From assembly GCA_965649825.1 (NCBI GenBank), contig OZ287695.1, positions 2,035,288 through 2,099,287 of the forward strand: 64,000 nt of DNA. Direction: 5' to 3'. Positions 25,355 to 37,552 of this stretch are shown here, one piece after another (position 1 is the stretch's first letter; each line of letters begins with the position of its first letter). The notes under the pieces were generated by a model that had not been told where the DNA came from, did not search any database, and worked only from the letters and a program-made list of their open reading frames with translations. Source of the DNA: Penicillus capitatus (taxonomy: Eukaryota > Plantae > Chlorophyta). The position numbers and the translations under genes were made by a program.

Positions 25355-27656
25355 ATGCATGCGGCAAAGACTCTGGAACTCGTTCGCAACGATGTGCTCC
25401 AGACAGCAGCTACACGTCGGGGGACACTGGTCGTCTTTCCCTCCAGTGCTCACAAGCAGCAGAAGATCGGCACTGGCGATTTGAGTGGCGTCGTTCAGTG
25501 CTTCTCTGTCAAAGGCCAAGACATCAAGACCTCATTCAAATCACTCCCGACACGCCAGTCCATCACCACTGTTGCTCTCGGTCACGGAACCGCGCAGCGC
25601 GATCGAATGTTCTTCGCCGAAGACGCCGTTGTGCGTGGGATGACCAAAAAAGGAAAAGAATTCTTTCGGTTTGATACAAATTTGACCGAGAGTATCAGTG
25701 GCCTCTTCGTACAGGACACACTCCTCGCCGTTATGGGAGAGTACGTCTGCGTCGTTTTCGAAGACCACAGAGAAAAGAGTTTCTACATGTCACCCGATCG
25801 ACTCAATGCCTTCGATGCCTGGACGCACGAAGGAAAGCTCGCCATTGCTCTTGCCTGTCAAGACAGAAGGATTCGGATTCTGGAAGGGAGTAACGTCGTG
25901 CATCAGATTGCCCTCCAAGGCGTGGCGACGTGCGTTGTGCATGTGCCAGAATCGCATGATCCGCTGTGCCGCTATCCCGAAGCGCGTGAGCTTCTCTATG
26001 GAACGGAGAATGGAATCGTGGGGCAGCTACTGCTTGACAGCGCGGGCTTGCATGAGGGATTTGCTGTGGGCAATCCTGAAGGGCACAGTTGTGTGACGGC
26101 CATCTATGCGGGCATTGATTTCACACTGGACGGTTTGAACGATATCGCTGTGGGCAGAGACGATGGGCGGATCGAGATTTACTCCGTGGATGAAACGGGC
26201 GTGCCGTACAGCGTCTTTGAAGTTCAGCTGCCCAACCGAATCAATACTCTGGCTGGAGGGTGCATTACCTCCCCTTACGTCCAAGACCTCATTGCACAAA
26301 CATACGCCGGCAGAGTCATTGCTTATACCAAGAATGCCGACCGATGGTTGACCGATCCTGCACGAGGCTCGCGGATATCCGGCGAACAGCGCCAGGAAAA
26401 CACCGAAAGGCTGGAATTCCTGGAGACCAGAATCCATTCGATGAAGACGCAGGTCGGTGCTCTGGCCCAGCAGCTCAAACAGAAAAAGCACGTCGTGCGT
26501 CATGTTCTCTCGTTTGACGTTTTCTTGCTTTGTAGGGAACAGCTTGGCTTCTTCCTGGATGCGTCTCTGGATATGACGATGGACATCAAGCACCGTTGTC
26601 GATTGGACGCCAGTCAGAATTGCTTTGTTCTCACGATCGAATCCGAGAAGCCCATCTTCTGCATCGGAGTGTGCTGCGACGTCGAGATTGAACTGATGTC
26701 GCCTATCAATAGTGTGGCGATCATGAGTGTATCTCCCCCGGATGCCGAGCACGGATATCCAGTGCTGGCTACTTTTCGCTGCCAAGAATCTGCAAATCGA
26801 TTAGATGTGCGCTTTCGTGCCTGCGAAGGACGACCTGGATGCATGACCTGTTTTGTTCTTCCAAAGACCAGTACAAAACTCGCCGTTTTGTTAAGACATC
26901 GAATTCTACCCCTCTGTCTCCACGAATGCATACCAGAAGCGTCACCAGAGAAGGGATCGCTCATGAGAATTCGTGGAGAATTTACGGACGAAGAGCTGTG
27001 TCTATGGCTGGCAGCTGCTTTGCCAGATTTTCCAAAACGCTGGCAGTCGGATGGACTTCTTCTCTTTCGCAACACTCAGTCCAACCAGATCATGCGCTTC
27101 GGAAAACTTGAAAACGGCGCCGCCGCCGCCGAAATCGAGTGTCCAGATATCTGTGCGCTCAACGTCCTTCGAGAGACACTCTTGCACGAGGCCTCAAAGC
27201 GGAATCATACACTGAACGTGGAATTGAAGATCGACGTGGACGGTGTTCGGCATTCTCTGGAATGTTTGTGGAGCGAGATTGAGACATTCAGAGACATCGA
27301 CGCAAGAGCATCCCTTGGCAAAGCACTTGCCGAGATCCAACAGCAGGTCGAGCGATCATCGCATGTTCTGAAACAACGTTCTCCAACTCATGATGCGTCT
27401 GTCGCTGCAGGACGAGAACGAGATGCCTTTGCTCGATGAAGACATGGAAGATACACTACAAAGCGTCGCCGTAAATGAAGAGCTCTTACAGCAGAAAGAA
27501 ATGCAGATGGACGGCACTGCCGTTTCGATCTGCCTCCTACTCGATCACTACTCAAAGCTCACCGGGACGAACAAACCGCAGACAAAGCTAACCGACCTAA
27601 AAACGAGACTGCGAACAGGCGATGCTGTTTTTCAAGAACTGTTAGATGTGTTGTGA
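25355..27656 (+). CDS. BBS7: Bardet-Biedl syndrome 7 protein (BBSome subunit)
   Basis: QKIGTGDLSGVVQCF, VRGMTKKGKEFFRFDTNLTESI, LACQDRRIRIL and TFRCQESANRL match remembered BBS7 motifs over about 700 aa. Confidence 0.92.
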
Positions 27657-27792
27657 ATGCATCTGACAGCGCCATCTGAAATGGCGCCCATCCATTTCTA
27701 TGACGGTTTGCATTGTCCTGCAGTGTTGATTGCTTTACTGCAACGTTTCGTCGTTCATCGAGTCCTCCCGACACGTACCGGAGTTGTCAAAG

Positions 27793-29746
27793 ATGTCGTC
27801 CATTGCAGAAAGATGCGAGAAGAAAGGCAAAGGTCAGAGAAGGATGCAGCGGATGGCCCTATGGACGTTACTCCTTTCCCTTCACGTTGCACTCCTCGTG
27901 GTTATCTTCCATACAAACGTATGTACGAACATGGACTGCGCTGATGTCAGTCCCGATTTGTGTGTTAGACATGTGAGGGAGTCAATAAAGACCCTACTGT
28001 TATCCACGCGTCCCTGCACAACGATATGACAGAAGAACTGCATCAGGGATCAGCTAAGGTCGCTTTGTGTGTATTGCTGCGAAAGTGGAGGGCGATGAGC
28101 TGCTGACAGGTTGCTTTGCTGTTTCTCGCGACGGGGCCTATCCACAATGAACCGATCTGGAGAGCCTTCTTTGAAGCGGCAGGTGCCATAAGCCCAAGAT
28201 CCGGCTGTGCTGTGTGACACTGCTCCACGCAGGAAAGCTCTCTCTGCGACAGAACACCTCTGTCCCCCCGTCTGTCACATCGGAGAAAGATCTCGTAGAC
28301 AACCGTACAGAAATAAAACCCGTACGTCATTGTCACACAAATCGCCAATGTGTGACATCTGTTGGACAGCCTCGGAGAAATCTGATGTCTCTGGAGGGCC
28401 GCATCAACCGAACAGCATGCGGAGATGAACGGCAACGGATCCGAGAAGAAGTAGAGCGTCTTATTAACGGTAGGTGAGGACCAAGCCTCCGACACGAGAT
28501 GATCATTTCGGTGTCTGTGCTGCCAGATAAGGCAGGTGTTCGTGATTTGATCGCTGCACAGTCTCTTTTTACCGTATACGTCCATCCCGGCGTCTCATAC
28601 CGTTTCCCGGATGATAGTCTATTCCACGGAAGGGAGACAGAGTTATTGGTCGACACCCGTCATGCCTGGTCCACCTTTATGATCGTCGAAGGGGAACTCG
28701 CTCTCCTGGCATCCGCCCTCAAAGATCCCAGTAACCAGTGCGTGATCTCCACCACCACCTTACGGGTACATCTCACCCGTGCCATACCTATGTGTCCGTA
28801 GTAAGTTCGTGCTGCTCTCGGACTCGTGTATCCCACTCTATACACCGGAGGTCGTTTACGCTCAGTTTATGTCGGAGAAACGGAGTCGAGTACGGGCTTG
28901 CCATCCCTGGCACGGTGTCGATCTCTTCCGGTGCATCTCTTGAGCCTTGATCTGCAGGCAAGGGTGGGTGCTGCTGTAGGTATGATACACAAATGGATGG
29001 AGAATACCTGAATCAGAGCCATTGGAGAAAGAGCAGTCAATGGTTCAGTCTTTCGCGATCCCATGCGCAGCTATTAGTACAGGACCGTTATGTCAAGCCG
29101 CGATTCCAGAAGTTCTGCAACGGCTATCGCGATGGGCAATTCTGTGTACCAGATGAGCATTACGTACCGACGACCCTCGCCGTATACGGAGCCCAATCCG
29201 AGGTGACCTCGCCCAAAGCTCCTCCCCTATACAAAAGCTAACCGCCGTGCAGACGGACTGTTTGGGCCAGATGACATTCACCAGATTCGTTGGTGGCCCT
29301 CATCCATTCGGATTCGAAAAAATGCCACTCTCGCCGAATCTCATTCGATCGTATGTACATCGCTCTCATCGCTGTTTCTATGGAGAGCGGTTTTGCGCAT
29401 TGTCTTCTAGATTACGGCATCAAGATGGAAAGTGTGATGTTGCCCAGGCACGTGCCACCGCTTCGCATCTACTTGACGGTATCCCGGAAGAAGGCTCCTG
29501 CCTTTTCCGCAATATGACCCGTCGGCATCTCTCGATCGATGACATTCCCGCTCACTCATGGGTCACATCACATCTTCATGCACATCTCCGTGCGAACATG
29601 CATTGCTCTAGGTGGAGAGGAGCGGATATGTACCACTGGGGTACAACTGCGTTCTATTTGCACGCAAATTCGATAAATCGATCGTGAACGAGACGCTCGC
29701 CGCTTCACTCTCGTGCACAGGAGGGGCACTTGGCTATTGGTGTTGA
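27793..29746 (+). CDS. Core-2/I-branching beta-1,6-GlcNAc transferase family (GT14-like) type II membrane protein
   Basis: N-terminal TM anchor, HWRKSSQWFSLSRSHA, CVPDEHYVPT and LFARKF. Confidence 0.85.
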
Positions 29747-30247
29747 GAAGCGTGCAGTCGTGTCGTCACGTCCCGTTCAATTATAAACGTCTTGTTCGGC
29801 ATTCAATTTCAACCGATCCTCAGATGTGCGCCGCCGGCGGCGTGCCTCTCTACCTCTATCGGGGCAACACACGTCATTTGATCTCCTTTTTGGAACATGG
29901 AGGGAGGGGTGCGATTGTCTGCGTACAGCGGAACGATGGCGAGTGTTGTATACAAGCACTTCCCAAATTGGACACACACATCTCTGCGTTCACAACAACG
30001 ACGAATCAACGGTATGGCACAGAAGAATGACATACGATGGCAACAGTTCATGCTCGACGCAGCCAAAACTTGAAAGAGATTCTTCACTTAGACACACAAG
30101 CATGGCACCGCCCGCCCACGCACCCACCTGACCGCATAGCCGTATGGACACTTGGGCAAAGGGGGAGAGAGACCACTCTGCTGCAGGGCACAACGAGTGG
30201 AGGACGGATGCCCTTGTTGATCTTACACGCATTAAGAAGAAATGAGG

Positions 30248-33002
30248 TCATGTATGTTTCAATAAGTCTGCACAACGGGGGCAGTGATAGGTACGTCCAC
30301 CATCGCCCGTGGCGTAATCTTTAAAGGTACCGAGAAACGGCCGTCGATCACAGGCAAAGTGGATCCACCTTTCGCAGTGATCGCAGCAGATCCAATCGGT
30401 ACCGGACTCGTCGTTCGATCCACACAGCCAACATCCATCCCCCGTCAGATCTTTTGGATGCACCTGGCTGCAGATCGCATTTTCTGAGCAAAAGAGTGAG
30501 AAATGCACCATCTCATATTCGCAGAGGTATGTCTGATAGTGACGTTTGAGAGCATTCCCCACTCCCGTCATTCGATGGTTGGCTGTCCAATTACGCATCT
30601 TTGGGAAGACCTGTCCTTTCCAGTTGATACCATTCCCGACACGAAATCCTCCCCGCGAGACAACCTCCTTGTAGAGATTGAAGAGATCCAGCTGACAGCC
30701 ATTGAGCACTGCCTCAGGGAATTTCTCTCGATCCAACGGTTTGCCTCGATGCGCCTAGAATACCACCATTTCGCCGATGGCCATATTTTTATCGAACCTC
30801 TAAAAACGCAACGAGGTCATCGTAGAACTCGGTCTCTGTGCAACGATTCAGTAAAGGCCGTGTGGAATGATAATCCTACATCCGAGATCTCGAGCGATGA
30901 TTCGATCAGTCAGTCAATCGTTTAGGTATTACCATGGCAGCGATATCCGGCATCTGGACGGCCATAGGTTCGTGGCTCGTTTTGGAACTTACATCGTATT
31001 CAGCATCCATTTCAATATCATAGTCCGATTCATTATCGAGGCCTGCAGTCCACAAATCTCTTTTATCTAAGCACTCCGCATGAGCATGTGTGTTGTTGCT
31101 ACTCTCCACAAAATCGACATCGACATCTCCATTGTTCTGCCCATAAGCATTTCCCTGATTTCTTGGTCGAACGGACCGAGGACGCTCGGGGTATCCAGCA
31201 TCACGGCGATGGCCCACTGGCATGAGCGGCTGATTCTGCATCCCTGACTGACTCCATGATGTTGGATAGGCAGAGAAGAATTGAGAGGGCTACCTGTAAC
31301 GATCGTATTGTATCTGAGCGTATCGCTCGATCTGAAATGCACGAGAGCGCTGCCGCCAACACCGGCAATGCCAAAGGAGACCAGTCCACGGTAGGCATTG
31401 TCCTGACATAGACCGCGCAGAACATGAACAGCCCAGACAGACGTCACCACTAATGCATCCACCACTGGCGTCCCACCTGCCACCGATGCAGAGCTCCTGA
31501 AAAATGCCACGTCGATACAGCGTAGATAGGTGCAGCTGGGACCGAGCGGTCGTGGGAGGAAAGGTTGGCGGCGGCAGGCGAAATTGCAGACAGAGGGAGT
31601 CGACAGCCAGTGTCTGACGCAAAGCGTGTTGAACGAGGAGATGATTGGACAGGACCGATGGAGGACCCCCTGCAACGACACCTGTCGATTGCTACCTCTG
31701 CATCTGTGCCTACCCAGAACGACGACTGTTTTGACGCCACTGGCACATTTGATGTGACAGCGCACAGCCGCACATTCAGATGAGATGTTTGAAGGAACGT
31801 GATCGCAACGGTCGACATCCATCACCTGGGAGCTGTCGTTTTCAGAGAGGGTCCTGTCATGGATAGTGACGGCGGACCTTAAGAGAACGCATTTCGGTAA
31901 GAAGCAGTGCCCGCAATGCTTCGCCCAGCAGACTCAGACGTGTGGCGTCGATGACCGATGGGCCGCCACAGATCAGTAAACGCACTTCGGCCTTGGGAGC
32001 CAACAGCAGGACGTTCTCCCAACCTGTGATACCTTGTCCGTGCAATCTGTCAAATCTATCAGTCTATTCGACCTGGCACGTTGGGAACATCGTCTTCCAG
32101 AAATTCAATTTCAGGTATGGGCTCCAACGGGACGGTACTGCACTGAGGGAGATCAGGTACCTTGGAGGAAAACAGACTGGGCACCAACTGAAGGGACACA
32201 TGAGGGCGCTCTTTCGCAATATCTAGCACCACATCTCCATCGACTTCGGTATCAAAACGCACGAGCAGAGGATTACTGTCACAGAAGAGCTGAACGGAAC
32301 GGGAAGCCATGGCAAATGCTTCGGAGAACGTCACTGTTTCGTTTCGAAGCATGGCAAAGAAACAATGGGCAAACTGTGAAGCCACGGCGGAGCACATGTA
32401 TCCTCCACGTGGCCAGTAGACCAGATTCTCGCAGCACTGAAACGATCTCAGCGACGCCACTAGACACAGAAAGTCGCTCTCCATCGTGTCCGCTGTCGGT
32501 GTTGAGAGTTCCAGATGCCTTGGGTCGGTGTCAAGGGAGCGTCGATGTACAGTGTTTCGATTTCTGCGCTTTGAAAGACATGGACTAAGGTGGGCACGTC
32601 ATTCCTTCCAGAGGGTTGCCCGTCGGCGTTCAACTCTGCAAAGCTCAAAGGGTTCTGCTGAGCGTTGAGAAGATCCTGGTATGGACTGAAGCCTCCCGTT
32701 AAGTACACGATATGTGGCTTGACCTCCGCCAGAAGCCTCTTGAGATCTTCCAGTGATGGATGCGGCACGACGGTGACCTAATAGCGTTCGTATGGATTGG
32801 AAGACAGGGAAGGTGTGCGTTTCTCTACGTGGACGGCCGTCCCCGGGACATGGCGCATCTCATCTGCGACTTCCGACACACAGAAACGCTCCGGCGTCGG
32901 CGGGCAACACTCGACAAACATCACACGGCGTTCCATGCTTGCAACGCACGAACGACCGTCAAACGCACGACGTCGGTAGTGGTAACGTTCACATCTTCTC
33001 AT
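30248..33002 (-). CDS. ARID + PHD-finger protein (plant ARID4-like)
   Basis: LDLFNLYKEVVSRGGF..INWKGQVFPKMRNWT..GNALKRHYQTYL, followed by C-terminal CWLCG..WICCDHCERWIHFACD..YHCPRC. Confidence 0.9.
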
Positions 33003-33062
33003 TTCGTTCTTATCTCAAAAAACGGAACGGAACGGAACTTCTTCGTAAAACGCGCAAGAAAA

Positions 33063-34610
33063 TTAGACAGCGTCCTCGTCGATGTCTGGCATGAGCGATG
33101 CAGCCTCGAGATCGGCCGAAGGCTCAGGGATATCAGATATGCCGTTTAATGACCGATCCAACGCGGCCTGTTCAACGAATGTCGACTCGGGTAGTCCAGT
33201 GCCTTCGGTGCAACGTTGTCGGTATGCGGCACGGGCAAGCTCTTCGATCTTCTGCGCCAGTGAAGGGTCTTCTTTCAAACGGGCGACGGCTTTTGCTCGA
33301 CCATGTCCAATACGCTCATCGTCAAAGCTATAGTGACTGCCGGTCTGTCGGACGATGTCCATCATCATGGCACCGTCAATCACACTGCTGACGCGACAGA
33401 TGCCTTCGCCGTAGATGAGATCGAGCTCCGTTGTGCGATACGGTGGGGCCACTTTGTTCTTGATCGTTTTGAGCTTCAGTTTGTGACCGATGATGCGGCC
33501 ATCGCTATCTTCGATTTTCTTTCCCTGACGGACGTCCAGAATCTGCGAGGCGTTGTGTGGCAATGCCCGTCCTCCTGGTCGCACTTCGGGATTCGTAAAG
33601 GGCATCGCATTCACTTTCATCCGCAGCTGATTGATAAAGATCGCTGTGCACATACTCTCCGGATCCTTGTCCGATCCCAGCACACCATTCACCAGTTTTA
33701 TCCCACGACTCATCAAACGCGCTTGGGTAGCGATCTAGGACAGAGGCGTCAGGAGAGGTTGAGAAGGAATGTCATGAACTCTGGCATCTTCGACACTGGC
33801 AATGAGCTCGTCGCTTGGTGTCATGGCAGCAACACTGTCGACGCAGATTCCGCCGACGACACGGGAACGAATAGCCGTCACCATCACATCGAAAGCTTGA
33901 TCTCCGCTGTTCGGCGACACCAGAACGAGGTTATTGGGATTGACGCCAATTTTCTGAAGCCAGATCATCGCATTGCATCGGCGCCGTCGCAGACCGGCTC
34001 TTACCAGAGCGTACTTACGATGAAAGGCATTTTCCATGTCAAAGTAGTAGACGTCGTTGTCTACCTTTTGGATCTCTGAGATGAGATGCCACGCCAACGT
34101 TGTCTTTCCACTTCCTTCGGGACCAAACATCTAGTCACATCATTTCTCACACTTTCTCGCACGCTTCGATATGGTAACCTCGATAATGCGACCCTTAGGT
34201 ATGCCGCCGCCCAGCATGAAATCCAATGTCAAGATACCCGTCGACCACAGAGGTCTGCACGATCACTCTCGACGAAAAGAGTGACAAGAAAGACGTTGAC
34301 ATGTCTTGTGGGGCGTCGTTCAGCTTCATCACGGTCCCGCTGCCGTATTCCTTGTTGATCGCTTCGGTAAGCTTCTTTCGTGCGTCCGATTTCTGAAGGC
34401 GACGTTTCGATTGGCGCCGATGCGAAAGAGATCGACCTTTCGACGCTTCTCGACGTCGTCATCGATGTCCGGACCCTTTTTCTTTGGCCGACCGACGGCC
34501 GCAGATGCAGCGGTCTTTGTCGTTCGGACCGCAATTCCCGCGCGTTTCGTAATGAGCGACGTTCCACAGAATGCTCGGAGTCCCGCAGAGCGACGAACGC
34601 AGTGTCGCAT
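33063..34610 (-). CDS. recA: Organelle-targeted RecA recombinase (divergent)
   Basis: STGILTLDFMLGGGIPKGRIIE, GPEGSGKTT, VDSVAAM, IFINQLRMK and KNKVAPPYR, with an Arg-rich transit peptide from ATG 34610. Confidence 0.95.
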
Positions 34611-34612
34611 GG

Positions 34613-35735
34613 CTACAGCGATGTCCTTGTCAAGAGATGCGATACAATGTCCATAGCCTTATCCTAACCACGCACACACAAACACATCCTGTATCGTCGC
34701 AGATCGATGTCAAACGCACCTGCTGACGCAGATAGTACGTCGCCAGAAGAATGCGCTGTTGGTGGGGGGAGAGATCGCCGTGAGCGCCGAGATGTTCAAT
34801 GCGATGACGCCGGGCCTCGTAGAGGACCATGGCAGCCGCAACGGAGATATTGAACGACTCGACGCATCCATCCATCGGGATCACCGCACAGAGATCTGCA
34901 TTTTCCATCACAGCAGGGGACACACCATCGCCTTCGTTTCCGAATACCACGGCGGTTGGGATCGTCCAATCGATATTCTGCAACGTGTCGTCGGCGTGGG
35001 AGGCAAGAGATGCGAATCGACCTGGATCGCAACGGCGTCGGAGGATGCAGCCGTGGCGATGATCTGATAGCCCATGGAACGGAGGACGGGGAAACATTCC
35101 TCAGCGCTTTGCCACGTCTTGCGATACAGCCATTTGTCTGCTCCGGCGCTGCAGCGTTCAGAGAACTTGCGATATCGATTCCTAAACATCGAACGATTCG
35201 ACCGTGGCGTCGTGGATGGAACCTAAGTGCCAAGGTTCGATGGTGTGTATGGCTCCACATCCCATTCCTCAAAGACAAGATTTTACAGAGAGTGAAGATC
35301 GGTGCTCCACGCACCGTCTGCTGTGCGCATCACTGCTGCAACATTGCCACTGTTGATCAGCCCTGACGACGGATCTCGTGACAAGACGGGGACAGAGACT
35401 TACCGTCAATGACGGGCAGCAGGTTGAAGGTTCTCTGTGCGACGACCTGTGATGTGTCTCTCGTAAGCGATCAGATCTCATCGAACGCGAAAGGGCACTT
35501 TTTGCAGCATCTCCTTGCGCCGTTGCGTCAGGAATGGATCCATTAGCCGCAAGATCGTCGCGCTGTCCACTGTGCGCGCATCGATTGGAAAGGCGTCAGA
35601 GAAGGGGAAGGTCTGCATCTCGCTAGAGAGGGGGGCGCATTCCAAGGTTCTTCGCGAGGCACGGCAGGGATGTATGGGCCATCGGTCATGCGTGATGCCA
35701 CCGACGGCGAATCGGGCCACAGCATGCAAGGACAT
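34613..35735 (-). CDS. SpoU/TrmH-family tRNA/rRNA methyltransferase
   Basis: LGNISAVMRTAD-type motif, AVVFGNEGDGVS and IPMDGCVESFNISVAAAMVLYE. The last 56-nt intron leads to DKAMDIVSHLLTRTSL* with stop at 34613-34615. An upstream start at 35897 is possible. Confidence 0.9.
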
Positions 35736-35963
35736 GATGTTTGTTTGTTTGTTCGTCGACGCGGGCCGTGTGTTCGTTCGCCATGTTCTATTGCCTCGAT
35801 TGAGTCGTTTTTTATCCGTTGGTGGGCGATCTTTGGTGAAAGCTGTGAAGCGTTTTTTTCGCGTGGGCGTCGCGCTTTCTTTCCTCGTCGTCGCCATTCT
35901 GAAACGATCTTCAAACGCGTCTGAGTTTTTGACGCCATACCCGACATTGAATTCAGGTTTTCA

Positions 35964-36971
35964 ATGGGGCGCAAACGCGCACAGATAGACGTAACGCTAA
36001 AGCTCCTCCTCGACTGTGGAGACCTGAGACCTGGAAATGGTGTCCTGCAAGTGTCGACACGTGAACAAACGCGCAGCGCAGATTTGAGTCGAGACGGAAT
36101 CATCGTTTTCGAAGGTAAGGAAGATGTGGTGGGTGGAGGCGAGATGGGCCGCTGGTAACACGTGGCCTCGTGGCCGTCCGTTTTGTGCCTCCGATGATGT
36201 GTCCGATGCGTGCGTGAGACGATGTTTTTCAGGTGAAAGGCATCGGTCATTATCCAGCTTCGCTGTGGCAGCCATCCGTTCCTGTGGCGCAGTGGGGCGC
36301 AAAACAGCGAATGGCTGGCAGGTTGTGAATTACCAAGGACGGTATGTCGCTGCTTTCGGTTTTCGCGCCTGCTGTACAATGTGGTGTTGTGAGACAGACC
36401 ATTGGAGCAGTACCGTGCAGAATTTCTAGAAAAAGAGAGTCAGGCTTCGGATTCCGGTGGCGAAGTGGAACACGTGATGCACAAAACCGGTGTCAAAAAG
36501 CGACGCATGACATGGCGTCTTCCGCCAGAAGAGACGCTGAAGCAGGAGCTGGCAGCATCGGACAGAGAAGAAACGGCGCGCAGTTCGGATTCGGGTGGAA
36601 GCCGAGTGAGTACTCCCGAAATGACGACGACGGTGGCGACGATGGTGATTCAGCGTCCCTCCTGCGCAAAGGGATCTAAGCAGAAACGCGTGCGCCCGTC
36701 GCCAACGTGGTTCGACGCTTTGCCTGTGCGTCGCGAGATGACGATGATGGAGAAAGACGCTCTGACGCCGCGTTTGTTGCCCGCTGTGAGGAAGCTACCG
36801 TGTCCAGATGCGCTCTGTGGCATGAAACTCGAGAAAACGGCCCCAATAGTGAAGCGACGCACGGCTGAAGAAGAAGATGAGGAAGATGACGCCAATCAGA
36901 GGCGTGCTGCGAATATGTGGCTGAAGAAAGCTTTGAATAAGCGCCACAGGGAAGAGTGTGGGATGTCATAA
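35964..36971 (+). CDS. RAMA-domain protein with long disordered C-terminus (3 exons)
   Basis: Spliced TLKLLLDCGDLRPGNGVLQ..ADLSRDGIIVFEGERHRSLSSFA..NGWQVVNYQGRPLEQYRAEFL resembles the RAMA domain of MPND. The first intron is 36115-36232. Confidence 0.72.
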
Positions 36972-37552
36972 TCGCTCATCGCCCGACCACCTTCATGAAC
37001 TTGCTCTCTCGCGTTTGCAACGCCACACAACGAAGCTCTTGCTTTTGTTCTTACTGTGTACCTGTTTACGGGACTTGATCGATCGAGGTTCGGGTCTCTT
37101 TTTTGCGGCGGCGGTGGCGGCGGCTTGGAGGAGGTTCTCACTCCGATATAGTAATGGATGGATCTGTGGCGTGCGGGAATGACGGACACTCTTGTATTAA
37201 GTACTAAGCTGACCTACTGAGAGTCTAGCATCAATAAATGATGGCATGTAGCACCTGGGAGTCCCACACACATGGGTCACTCTTTTTCTCTGTTTTTTGT
37301 GTCCGGCCGTGACGGTGAAACCATCACCTGCGGCTTCAGACAGCGTGCTTCCCTTACTCTAATTCTTTCAAATGTAATGCCATGAAGCCAAAGATGTTGA
37401 AGGTGCCAGAGGTGCGCAGATGTGAACGAGTGTGTCGGGATCCGGACGTGTTTAATGAACCATTTCGTTTTCTTACTTAAATCGGAGGCGCCCACATTGT
37501 TCAAAGCCTCAACAACAAACGCATATTGAAGGGAGATACATGTGAAGGCTCT

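Noticed and set aside
34613-34720. SpoU-RecA fusion protein through an alternative acceptor at the TAG
   Set aside because: Using that AG puts the downstream sequence out of frame with RecA.
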